Origin: a virus
Lineage: Duplodnaviria; Caudoviricetes
Virus record (IMG/VR): IMGVR_UViG_3300032007_000001
DNA: 64,000 nucleotides
Direction: 5' to 3' (one strand)
The notes under the pieces were generated by a model that saw only the letters and a program-made list of their open reading frames with translations, was not told where the DNA came from and did no database searches. Each line of letters begins with the position of its first letter. Position 1 is the stretch's first letter. Positions 17,608 through 26,548 of this stretch are shown piece by piece. Position numbers and translations under genes: made by a program.

Positions 17608-18852
17608 TCATTCCTTTTTCATCCATTGTTTGAATTTATTGTATTCATTCATGACTTTCTCATAAGTAACGCTATCATTTTTATATTTTTCAAAAAGCTT
17701 CTTAAATTTTGAATTTCTGCCGCCATGATTTTTGATAAATTCAATCATTTCGTTATCTGGGTACATGCGAATTTTGTATAACCACTCGCTGTAATTATAA
17801 TTTTCATCGAATTTACCGGATAAAATAATATTTTTTAATTTTTCAAAACACTGTTGAGCTATACGATGAGAAATTTCAGTAAACTTCATATGCCCATGCA
17901 TAACTTCTTCTACATTATCATCAATTTCTCTATCAACATCATAATTTACACACGGGTCTGACGTTTCATTAATTTTATCAATATAATCATTAAACCAAAA
18001 AAGAGAATTAACATGATTGTTTATCATATAATCAACAATAGATTTTGCATTTTCAAACGTTAAATTATTCTCTTTCATTAAAGATTTGATTCTATCTACT
18101 AACTTCACAAACATTTTTTTATCAATTTTTGTATGTTTGGCATCATAGAACTTTTTGATTAAGCTTGGAATAGAATTTTTTTCGTTGATTTCTTTTGCGT
18201 ATTGATAAAATCTTTCAGCTTCTTCAATTAAAAATTTGGCATCACTAATTTTTGAATGTCCAGTTTCAGCTGTATAACGTAAAAGTTTTTTTACAAATTC
18301 TGGTTCCAATTGATGTTTGAAGTATAAGCTTTTAATAGAAGATGTAGCAATAATAGAATTATATTCTTCAACACCAGCCAATTCATAAAAATATTTTACA
18401 AGATTTAATGGCTTGAATTCGGTATCTAATTCTTTTACATATTTTTTTTCATATTTCTTTTTGAATTGCTTTGCTTCTAATATTTGCTTATATTTTTCGG
18501 CTTCTGCTTTTTGTTTTTCTAGTTTTGCTAATTTTTTAGCTTCTATCTTTTCATTTTTTTCAGCTTGTTTTAATGCCGCTTCTTCAAGTTTTTCTTGTTG
18601 CTTCTTTTCTTTTTCTTCTTTCTTTTGTTTTTCCAAATATCCCTTATAGTCAGAAATTGACAAAGCTACATCAATAGTTTTGTCAATTATTTCTTTATGA
18701 TTATCATATACTTCTTGAAAGTCTTTGTTTGATTTTTTATCTAACTTAATCAATTCTTTTAAAAACTGGTGTTTGTTGTCTCCAGATTTCAAATGATTTC
18801 CTAATTTAATAGGAGTCTCAAATTCTTGTTCGCATAATGGACATACATACAT
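17608..18852 (-). CDS. C2H2 zinc-finger protein, putative replication initiator
   Basis: YVCPLC..F.....LGNH......H; lies directly upstream of loader and helicase. Confidence 0.55.
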   Translation of the reverse strand: MYVCPLCEQEFETPIKLGNHLKSGDNKHQFLKELIKLDKKSNKDFQEVYDNHKEIIDKTIDVALSISDYKGYLEKQKKEEKEKKQQEKLEEAALKQAEKNEKIEAKKLAKLEKQKAEAEKYKQILEAKQFKKKYEKKYVKELDTEFKPLNLVKYFYELAGVEEYNSIIATSSIKSLYFKHQLEPEFVKKLLRYTAETGHSKISDAKFLIEEAERFYQYAKEINEKNSIPSLIKKFYDAKHTKIDKKMFVKLVDRIKSLMKENNLTFENAKSIVDYMINNHVNSLFWFNDYIDKINETSDPCVNYDVDREIDDNVEEVMHGHMKFTEISHRIAQQCFEKLKNIILSGKFDENYNYSEWLYKIRMYPDNEMIEFIKNHGGRNSKFKKLFEKYKNDSVTYEKVMNEYNKFKQWMKKE

Positions 18853-18960
18853 TTTGATTCTCTCCTTTGCAAAATGTCATAAATTATTCTATTCATTTGT
18901 TTTTACATAAAAAATTAAGAGAGACTTTATAGTCTCTCTTTTATTAAGAAGAGTAATTAA

Positions 18961-19269
18961 TTACTCTTCTTCTCTCATATCTGTTATTGAACGCACATAT
19001 TCTTGATATTCATCTTCATATCTTTGCATTTCGCTTTTCATCCATCTTTTTACATCAATTGCAGTTCCTTCACAAAGCGTATTATCATTTTCATCTGTTA
19101 TAAAGTAATAATTGTCCCCTTTTCTTTTAGTCAATTTGAATGGTCTAAACTTATCGTTTTGCCAATCCTTATAATTTAAGGAACTATTTAAGACTTCAAT
19201 GTATCTATCCCATAAATTAAAAACACTATTATTGACTCTATTAGTAACATCTTCACCTAAACGTTTCAT
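18961..19269 (-). CDS. Hypothetical protein with MKRL N-terminus
   Basis: RBS AAGGTGA places the start at ATG 19269 (MKRLGEDV). Confidence 0.75.
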   Translation of the reverse strand: MKRLGEDVTNRVNNSVFNLWDRYIEVLNSSLNYKDWQNDKFRPFKLTKRKGDNYYFITDENDNTLCEGTAIDVKRWMKSEMQRYEDEYQEYVRSITDMREEE

Positions 19270-19392
19270 ATATATCACCTTTTTCATTTAATTTAATTTC
19301 TATTTTTGAAAAATAATTTTTATTTAATATGTAGATTTTATAAAAAAATATACATTTAACTATAAAAAATAAATCCATTATTGGATTCCATC

Positions 19393-19614
19393 CTAATCGG
19401 CACGATGAGGATTTATGACAATTCGCTTTGTAATTACCAGATATAATCCAATTATTCCAGCCGCAATCCAGCGTCCAAACATCATATACTGAACATCACA
19501 AAAAGGATATGCACACCAAATGACTGTAAGAAGGATTGCAATTAAAGCACATAAGAACGTAAAAACAGCTAGACTGGAAATCAATTTACATCCTCGAATA
19601 AAATTTGATGCCAC
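19393..19614 (-). CDS. Small two-TM membrane protein
   Basis: Two hydrophobic segments; AGGAG RBS. Confidence 0.7.
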   Translation of the reverse strand: MASNFIRGCKLISSLAVFTFLCALIAILLTVIWCAYPFCDVQYMMFGRWIAAGIIGLYLVITKRIVINPHRAD

Positions 19615-19695
19615 ATTTTCAACTCCTTTTTTAAAAAATTTTTACTTGTAAATTATATATTCTAACCCATGTAACTTCAACTTCTTTTTGAATAA

Positions 19696-21561
19696 TCATA
19701 CATTTACCACAAACTCTCTAATATCCCATTCTTCTTCTGTCTCATACATTTTTCGTCTTACTTTTGTTTGTCTTTTAAACATTGGAGTTTCATCATCAAA
19801 ATCAAATACAAAAGCTTTTGTTTTTCCAGGGTATAAACGTAATACTCTGCCAATTCTCTGGAAAGCTCTTGTAGAAGATTTTCCAGCGCCAGCTAAAATT
19901 AATGTATCTAAATTTGGTAAATCTAATCCTTCATCTGCAATTACGCTTGCAATCAATATTTTACAAACTCCTTGTTTTACACCTTCTATAACAGCCTGTC
20001 TTTGTTTTGTTGAATCTTTACCAGAAAGAAATTCTATATTAGACACTTCCAATGTATCTTCCAATCCAGATTTTGGGTCTATAAATGTAACATTTTGTTT
20101 TGTTTCACCAATAATATGCAATAATTTATCTCTTAAAAATTCTCCATGTCTTACTAATTTTACAAGAATCAAAATCGTACGATTTCTTTTATATAATTGA
20201 TAAGCTATTTTGCATACCATTTTATTTCTTGGAGTATTGTCTACTATCGCTTTTTCATATAAATCTTGATAATTTTTTCCTTTGAAAAAGCCATGTACAG
20301 GAACAAAATAAATCGTAGGCTTTACTAAATATCCTAATTGAATTAATTTAGAAGCATTAATATCATTTTCGTGATTTCTACGATTTAATATTGCTTCTAT
20401 AAGCATATCATCTCCGCTATCTCTCCACGGTGTCGCAGAAACGCCAATTCTATAATATGCATCTTTACACATAATGGAAGTTTTTAAGCATGTATCTGCA
20501 GCACAATGATGACAATTGCTTACCAAAATTCCATTAGCAAAGAAATTATGGTTCTTTTCTACAGTGATATCATATACATATTCTATTCTTGAAGCCACAT
20601 TGACAGCATTTAAAACAATACCATGAATAATATCCTTTCCATCAAACAAAATCACTTCTGTGTCCTTCTGAAGGTGTTCTGTGCGGATATATTTATTGTC
20701 TGAATAAGAAAATATTTTGTGATTATGCGTACACATTAAATTGTACGTTTTTTTATTAAAGTCTTTTATAGAAATAGAGTAAATTTTTCTTTCACCAATT
20801 GGTTGTTCCATATAATTGATGATTTTATTTTCTTCCAATGAACCGGTAGAAACATTATATGTCATTACATTGGCGTTGATTCTATTTCTTACTATTTCTC
20901 CAATTTTCATATTCGACCCATCTGACATTAGAACGTTTACATTTGCAGGTAAACATTCATCAATCATTATCATTTTGGCTTGCTTACATAAATCTTCATC
21001 AGCCGATTGTATTGACATAACAGTAATATCTTGTGGGTCATATATACCATCGCCAATAAAGCCAATCTTTCTGCCGAGAAATTTTTCAAATTCTGATTTT
21101 AATTGATTGCATAATGTAATTTTATCAGCAAAAACGCAGACTGGAGATACTTTATATTTTGCTATCAATCCAGCCATGATAAAAGTTTTCCCTGCACCAG
21201 TTGCAGCTTGAATCGTTTCTCTTTCGTTACATCTATCTATAATTTCTTGCTGATATGGACGTACTACCAATGGAGTATCTCCAATTTTTTCTACCAATTC
21301 ATAATCAGCATTTTGTTCTGGTTTTACTCTTAAATCTTTTATTTTATATGGAATATTACAATCGTTGCAAAAATCTATAACGTTATGTATGAGTCCTGCA
21401 TATGTTTTTAACGTTTTCTTATTAAAAACATGACGATATCTGACTTCACGCATACCAAAAACTTCTACTTTGAAGCTTAATTTTGCCCAAAGATTTGAAG
21501 CTTGGTCTTTTGTCAAGCCAATTACTTTTACATATACATTGTCTAATTCTAATGTTACCAC
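19696..21561 (-). CDS. SF2 DExH helicase (UvsW/XPB-like) containing a mini-intein
   Basis: RPYQ, ATGAGKT, IIDE|CHH, SATP, EGLDLP, QRIGRVLR. Confidence 0.9.
   Translation of the reverse strand: MVTLELDNVYVKVIGLTKDQASNLWAKLSFKVEVFGMREVRYRHVFNKKTLKTYAGLIHNVIDFCNDCNIPYKIKDLRVKPEQNADYELVEKIGDTPLVVRPYQQEIIDRCNERETIQAATGAGKTFIMAGLIAKYKVSPVCVFADKITLCNQLKSEFEKFLGRKIGFIGDGIYDPQDITVMSIQSADEDLCKQAKMIMIDECLPANVNVLMSDGSNMKIGEIVRNRINANVMTYNVSTGSLEENKIINYMEQPIGERKIYSISIKDFNKKTYNLMCTHNHKIFSYSDNKYIRTEHLQKDTEVILFDGKDIIHGIVLNAVNVASRIEYVYDITVEKNHNFFANGILVSNCHHCAADTCLKTSIMCKDAYYRIGVSATPWRDSGDDMLIEAILNRRNHENDINASKLIQLGYLVKPTIYFVPVHGFFKGKNYQDLYEKAIVDNTPRNKMVCKIAYQLYKRNRTILILVKLVRHGEFLRDKLLHIIGETKQNVTFIDPKSGLEDTLEVSNIEFLSGKDSTKQRQAVIEGVKQGVCKILIASVIADEGLDLPNLDTLILAGAGKSSTRAFQRIGRVLRLYPGKTKAFVFDFDDETPMFKRQTKVRRKMYETEEEWDIREFVVNV
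20515..20955 (-). mobile_element. Mini-intein (147 aa, no endonuclease) in helicase motif II
   Basis: CLPANVNVLMSDG ... CTHNH ... VYDITVEKNHNFFANGILVSN followed by Cys+1. Confidence 0.9.
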
Positions 21562-21953
21562 GCTGAACGCGTCCTCCTTGTAGAAGATATTTCCATTTGC
21601 AAGGCTATATATTTTTGAATTTTTTCCAATTCTTCTCTATTTATCGTTTCATATATCCAATCTTTATTAAGAACTCCGGTAATCACTTCATATAATTCTT
21701 CTATTGTATATTTTCTTCTTGTATATAAAGGATTACCTTCAAATTCTTCGTTTTTTGCATATTTTTTAACTTTTGGAATAACGCCTTCTCTTTCCCAACG
21801 TCTTATTGTTGATGTCTTTTTACCAAATAATGTAGCTACTTCTGATATAGTGAACATTTCACCTTCCAATATTTTTCTATATATTTCTTGGTGTCTTTCT
21901 TTTTCTTTTCTTTCACCATATCTTTTTCTTTGTTCTTCTTTTGATATAGCCAT
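21555..21953 (-). CDS. MerR-like HTH DNA-binding protein
   Basis: FTISEVATLFGKKTSTIRRWEREGVIP...RRKYT. Confidence 0.8.
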   Translation of the reverse strand: MAISKEEQRKRYGERKEKERHQEIYRKILEGEMFTISEVATLFGKKTSTIRRWEREGVIPKVKKYAKNEEFEGNPLYTRRKYTIEELYEVITGVLNKDWIYETINREELEKIQKYIALQMEISSTRRTRSAW

Positions 21954-22057
21954 GCGTTATTCACCTCACAAGCTATTCTATACAAAACATTTATTTTCTA
22001 AATCAAAATATAAAAGAGCAAAGGCAATTAACACCTTTGCTCTAATCAAAATGAATT

Positions 22058-22477
22058 TTAAGGTTCAAGACTATCAGTTGCAGTATTTACTATATTTTTT
22101 ATTTTTTCTTTTTGAGTTTTATCCATTATTTTTATTGTTCTTTCTAAGAAATTCAAAAAATCATCATCATCTCTAATAAACATTGATTCATATTTGTGAA
22201 CTTCTCTTAAATGTTGTTCTACAAATTTATTCAACGTTTCGTTCCAAAGTTTTTTTGCATCATCCATTGATTTTGAACTTATACATGCATAATCAAATTC
22301 ATAAAAGTCAGTTATAAATTTTTCTATATTTCGTTCGTCTATAAGTATTTCTCTTGTTTCTTCCGTTACAGTTTCGTCATCAATAAAAAATGCATATTTA
22401 TTATTTTCTCTTGGATATGCTTCGCTTTGAAAAAACTGAATGCCATTTCTATTTTTACCTATCAAATATAACGTCAT
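22058..22477 (-). CDS. Hypothetical protein
   Basis: 139 aa ORF; GAGG RBS; terminator at 22014-22042. Confidence 0.7.
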   Translation of the reverse strand: MTLYLIGKNRNGIQFFQSEAYPRENNKYAFFIDDETVTEETREILIDERNIEKFITDFYEFDYACISSKSMDDAKKLWNETLNKFVEQHLREVHKYESMFIRDDDDFLNFLERTIKIMDKTQKEKIKNIVNTATDSLEP

Positions 22478-22491
22478 TTATTTCATTCCTC

Positions 22492-22788
22492 TCAAAAATA
22501 CTTTTTAGCTTCTTCAAAGAAATCATTAAATGCTTTTTGAAGTTGTTCAATTTCTTCTACATCTTGTACCATCATGGAAAATCCATTTTTAGTTGGTCCA
22601 TCATATGTATCGTTTTTGATAAACTGACGCATGTTAAGATAACGATTACCATTATTTTTGCTTTCTTGCAATGCGAAATCAATTCTCATTTCTGGATTTT
22701 GTTGAAGAGTTTTTGTTACAATTTTGTTAATGGATTGTGCGAACTTCTCAGGATTTTTCTTAGCCAATTTTAATGTCCCCTTTCTCAA
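22492..22788 (-). CDS. PC4/YdbC-like ssDNA-binding protein
   Basis: NRYLNMRQFIKNDTYDGPTKNGFSM matches the PC4 core pattern; real start probably TTG 22764. Confidence 0.7.
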   Translation of the reverse strand: MRKGTLKLAKKNPEKFAQSINKIVTKTLQQNPEMRIDFALQESKNNGNRYLNMRQFIKNDTYDGPTKNGFSMMVQDVEEIEQLQKAFNDFFEEAKKYF

Positions 22789-22960
22789 CTGGTTCCAATG
22801 CTGATTCTTTTATGTTTGTATAGCTTAATTTACCATTATCAATGAAATAAGTATTATCATCAAAAATTTGTATGATTTTATATGTGCTATCATCGTATGG
22901 GTGTTTTTTGAATTTCACACTATCATTTATTCTAAACAAATGTTTTCCTAAACGTTTCAT
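22760..22960 (-). CDS. Small beta-rich hypothetical protein with MKRL N-terminus
   Basis: GGTGA RBS before ATG 22960 (MKRLGKHLFRINDSVKF). Confidence 0.65.
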   Translation of the reverse strand: MKRLGKHLFRINDSVKFKKHPYDDSTYKIIQIFDDNTYFIDNGKLSYTNIKESALEPVEKGDIKIG

Positions 22961-23406
22961 CTTCCATTTTTCACCAACCACTCTTTTACTATATCCCAAA
23001 CAACATAATCAATATCTTGTGCAATTGAATAATCATAATTCAACAACAAAACATAATCACAATTCATAAAAATATTTTTATTTTCAACTTTCATATCATT
23101 TAATTTATAAAACTTAAAAGAATTTTCACCATTTAAGTTTACAAATTGAACGCACGATATTTTTAATGAATTTTTTTTATCTTCAAATTTTTCGACGCAA
23201 TGACACAATTTACCATTAATAATTTCCTCATCAAAAAGATATGATATATTACCAAATTGTAATCTTAAAAACCCATTACTTTCATTACAAGACAAAAATT
23301 GGATATCATTGAATCCATTTGAAATATTAGATAAGACATCGGATAATTCATTGAATATATTTTGTTTTAATATTGTTACAATATTTTCATTGATTTTCAT
23401 ATTCAA
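22957..23406 (-). CDS. Hypothetical protein
   Basis: AAGGAGG RBS; promoter TTTACA-N17-TAAAAT at 23427-23455. Confidence 0.75.
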   Translation of the reverse strand: MNMKINENIVTILKQNIFNELSDVLSNISNGFNDIQFLSCNESNGFLRLQFGNISYLFDEEIINGKLCHCVEKFEDKKNSLKISCVQFVNLNGENSFKFYKLNDMKVENKNIFMNCDYVLLLNYDYSIAQDIDYVVWDIVKEWLVKNGR

Positions 23407-23463
23407 TCAACCTCCTTTTTATCTATATTTTAATACATTTTTATCAATTTGTAAATAGAAAAA

Positions 23464-23874
23464 TTAAATTTTTTCTATAAGAAATCCATTGATTACAACA
23501 TCGGATGTATTAAAATTTTTATTTTGACCATCAAATATTCTACCACCAGAAAATCTATTATCTTTTGCTTTAGTGAAAATATTATCTTCCACTTCTTTTG
23601 CAAAAATAACTGTTTTATACCCATTTCCAAGTTGTTTTGAATTAAATTGAAAAAATTCAACAACACAAAAATGTTCTATACCATTTTGGTCAAAATAATG
23701 TCCTTTCATTCCTTGCATCGCATAATCTTCTTTTGGATGAGGTGGAGGTCCTTTCTTAAAATCATCTAAGCTAAAACCGTTTTGATTATTTTTTATAAAT
23801 TCTTTTACTTCATCAAATGAAATTATATTTCCAGTTTGGTCGCTTGGAAAAGCTATTTTTTTTAATCTTTTCAA
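23464..23874 (-). CDS. Hypothetical protein, paralog of 2491..3048
   Basis: GGTGA RBS before TTG 23874 (MKRLKKIAFPSDQTG). Confidence 0.75.
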   Translation of the reverse strand: MKRLKKIAFPSDQTGNIISFDEVKEFIKNNQNGFSLDDFKKGPPPHPKEDYAMQGMKGHYFDQNGIEHFCVVEFFQFNSKQLGNGYKTVIFAKEVEDNIFTKAKDNRFSGGRIFDGQNKNFNTSDVVINGFLIEKI

Positions 23875-23875
23875 T

Positions 23876-24463
23876 TTAATCACCAATCATGCCTTTTAAG
23901 TCAATTACTATAGGTTCTTTGGGTTCACAATAATTATAATAAATATTGCAAAGATAATTTGTTTCAGATAAAATACTGCAATTGTTTCTTTCTTTTATAT
24001 CGTAAAAAACTCTTTCTACGAATTCCTTTGTATGAGGATGCATAAGCTTCTTTAATATTTTATTCTTTTCCCACCATTCCCATTCATCTTCAAAAGAAAA
24101 ATGTTTTCCGTGATAAGCCTTTCCTGCTCCGAGCCAATCGCAAATCAATTCCAACGCATCATAAAATGGCATTTTGCATATTACAATAGTATTGTCTGTC
24201 CTCATTATATAATGCTCAAAATGATGAGAATTAAAATTTTGATGATGAATCCAAGCTTTACTATATTTTTTTTCTTTTTTACAAGCTTCTATTGGAGATT
24301 CATTATCGTTATAATATTTTACAGATTCAAAAAATTCAATTGGATGGAATTTACTCAAATCATGTTTTATTCCTCTCCAATATAATCCAGCCATAAAACA
24401 ATATACCATAACATAATATTTGTGTATGCATATTTTCTTAAAATGCTTCAAATAGTTATTCAA
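23876..24463 (-). CDS. DUF5662-like HD-domain protein
   Basis: HK..V...C...GL...GIKHDLSKF.P.EF..SVKYY....SP, AWIHH...N.HH.E, ELICDW.GAG. Confidence 0.75.
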   Translation of the reverse strand: MNNYLKHFKKICIHKYYVMVYCFMAGLYWRGIKHDLSKFHPIEFFESVKYYNDNESPIEACKKEKKYSKAWIHHQNFNSHHFEHYIMRTDNTIVICKMPFYDALELICDWLGAGKAYHGKHFSFEDEWEWWEKNKILKKLMHPHTKEFVERVFYDIKERNNCSILSETNYLCNIYYNYCEPKEPIVIDLKGMIGD

Positions 24464-24863
24464 CGTTATTAACCTTCTTGTTCAAAATTTTCAATAAATC
24501 ATCAATGCCAAATTCTAAATAGCTTTCATCAACATGAAATTCTCTAAAAATGATTTGCAATAACATTTTTTCTTGTTCATATGTAATTGTATCGTAACTT
24601 TTTAATGAATAAAAGAAAGTTCTTATAATCCCTTTATTCATTTTGCACCAATCAATAATTGATTTTGTATTTATTTTATGAATTACTGGTTTTGTTGTTT
24701 TGCGCTTAGCAAACGCTTCGTAAGCACTTTGTTTTGATGAATATCCAAAACTACAATTATCAGCTAAAATCTCTCCAGTGTTTTTATCAACTATAACGTA
24801 CTTTTTTTCATTGATTTTTGTAGCTACAATATTCATTACAATCACCTCAACAAAACAAAGCAT
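24456..24863 (-). CDS. Hypothetical protein
   Basis: ORF coupled to neighbours; GAGGTG RBS suggests start at MNIVATK. Confidence 0.65.
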   Translation of the reverse strand: MLCFVEVIVMNIVATKINEKKYVIVDKNTGEILADNCSFGYSSKQSAYEAFAKRKTTKPVIHKINTKSIIDWCKMNKGIIRTFFYSLKSYDTITYEQEKMLLQIIFREFHVDESYLEFGIDDLLKILNKKVNNVE

Positions 24864-26478
24864 TTTTAATAGTTCTCAATGTATTGATTATTTTTGAAAA
24901 ATTATTTTCTTCTTTTTTTACTATTGTTTTTTTATTTTCATAAGGATATTTTTCCAATACTTTTCTTGTTAGCGTTTCTAAAAATGTTGTTTCTTTACAT
25001 TTCGTTGCCCAACTAACATTTTGAGAGCCATAATTATCTGGTCTTGCTGTTATTGATTCAAGGTTTGTTATTACATAACCAATATAATCCATCTTATCAT
25101 ATACTACAAATATATATGCATATCCCATTAAATTTACTACAATATCTTCACTCAAAATATACATATTCTTAAATTTTTGTGCCTCTGATTCGTTTTTTAG
25201 GAATTCTATTCTAATATCATTGAAATAAATGCAATCAGTTGGCCTTTTTAATTCAACGTTTGAAAAATGACTGCTAACGCTATTTAAGAAAGTATCATCA
25301 TGAAGTTCTTCATTTATTATTTTTTCAATTACTTCTTTGCAATCTACTTTTTTTGCAGCATAATAATAATAACATAAATTTTTTGTATTGACTTTTGAAT
25401 GTATCAACTGATTAAATGCTTCTTTTTCTCCAAGTTTTTCTTTTTTCTTTTCTACTATTTCTTTCAAGACTTCTAAAAAAATCTTATTTATTTTTTCTCC
25501 ACGAATTTTGTATAAAGATTGATTCAAATCTCCAATCAAAAGAAAATTTTTCTTCTTTTTCGCAAAAGCTATTTTTTTAATATTAAACGTTTTATTTATT
25601 TCTTCATCATCAATATAATCATCCAATAAACTATAATCATTAAATCCAAAATATGAAATCATTTTATATATAATTACATTTCGTGGATTTTTTTTGAAGT
25701 ATATCTCCAATTCTTTTGTTGGTTCTACATCAAAATATTTGCACAAATTCCCAAACAAATATTCGTTCTTTATAAATATTTCATTTTTTTCCAATTGATG
25801 ATTATATCCTCTATATGATTCCAAATATTCGAAACAATCGAATTTTTCATAGTTAAGCAGAAAATCAAATATTCTACATTCTCTCCAAAAACTTTCTTCT
25901 GGAAAATAATCTTTTAATTCTTTAATAATTTCTTTTGGAAAAAATTCTTCATGGTTAAATAAATTAACCATGTCTTTATAAGTCATTGCTGGTTCTGCTA
26001 TTATATTACCATTGTTTTTGAATGTCAAGGTTATTGTTTTTGGCTTTAAGTTTTTATTATCATTATGTATTCTATACCAGCTATCAACATTTTTATGTTC
26101 TTCCATATCAATGGATATATGAACATCAATATATTGTATATGCATTCTGATATTATGTCCGAAATAATCCTTTTCCATTTCAAACATAATCGGTAATGCA
26201 CCATAATATGAAAGCCAATTGTATCTTTCTTCTTTTTTGCAAAAAACAGTGGCTACACAATTTTTGCAAAAACAGGAATTTGTACATACAAAAATTGAAT
26301 TATCTACTGGAAAAAATCCTTTATTTACAGAACCATATTTACCGCATATAAAATATTTTTCATCTTCGGACGTTATAGCTATGCCGGCAAAACAATCTAA
26401 ATCTACTTCTGCTTTTTCATCAAAAGATTTTTCCCATGTATCGTTTTTTAAGTTATGAGTAAATCTTATCAATTCCAT
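24847..26478 (-). CDS. Hypothetical protein (543 aa)
   Basis: Long ORF; GGAG RBS; promoter TTTACA-N17-TAAAAT at 26520-26548. Confidence 0.75.
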   Translation of the reverse strand: MELIRFTHNLKNDTWEKSFDEKAEVDLDCFAGIAITSEDEKYFICGKYGSVNKGFFPVDNSIFVCTNSCFCKNCVATVFCKKEERYNWLSYYGALPIMFEMEKDYFGHNIRMHIQYIDVHISIDMEEHKNVDSWYRIHNDNKNLKPKTITLTFKNNGNIIAEPAMTYKDMVNLFNHEEFFPKEIIKELKDYFPEESFWRECRIFDFLLNYEKFDCFEYLESYRGYNHQLEKNEIFIKNEYLFGNLCKYFDVEPTKELEIYFKKNPRNVIIYKMISYFGFNDYSLLDDYIDDEEINKTFNIKKIAFAKKKKNFLLIGDLNQSLYKIRGEKINKIFLEVLKEIVEKKKEKLGEKEAFNQLIHSKVNTKNLCYYYYAAKKVDCKEVIEKIINEELHDDTFLNSVSSHFSNVELKRPTDCIYFNDIRIEFLKNESEAQKFKNMYILSEDIVVNLMGYAYIFVVYDKMDYIGYVITNLESITARPDNYGSQNVSWATKCKETTFLETLTRKVLEKYPYENKKTIVKKEENNFSKIINTLRTIKNALFC

Positions 26479-26495
26479 AAATTTTCTCCAAAAAT

Positions 26496-26523
26496 AAATG
26501 GACTTGGAAATCCAAGTCCATTT
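26496..26523 (-). terminator. Terminator ending the tail gene block
   Basis: AAATGGACTTGGA-AA-TCCAAGTCCATTT. Confidence 0.8.
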
Positions 26524-26548
26524 TACTATGTTTTACATGAAATGTAAA

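Noticed and set aside
22058-22477. Third paralog of the 30619 family
   Set aside because: Only vague similarity (F.TD..C.S, helical tail); cannot be supported without an alignment
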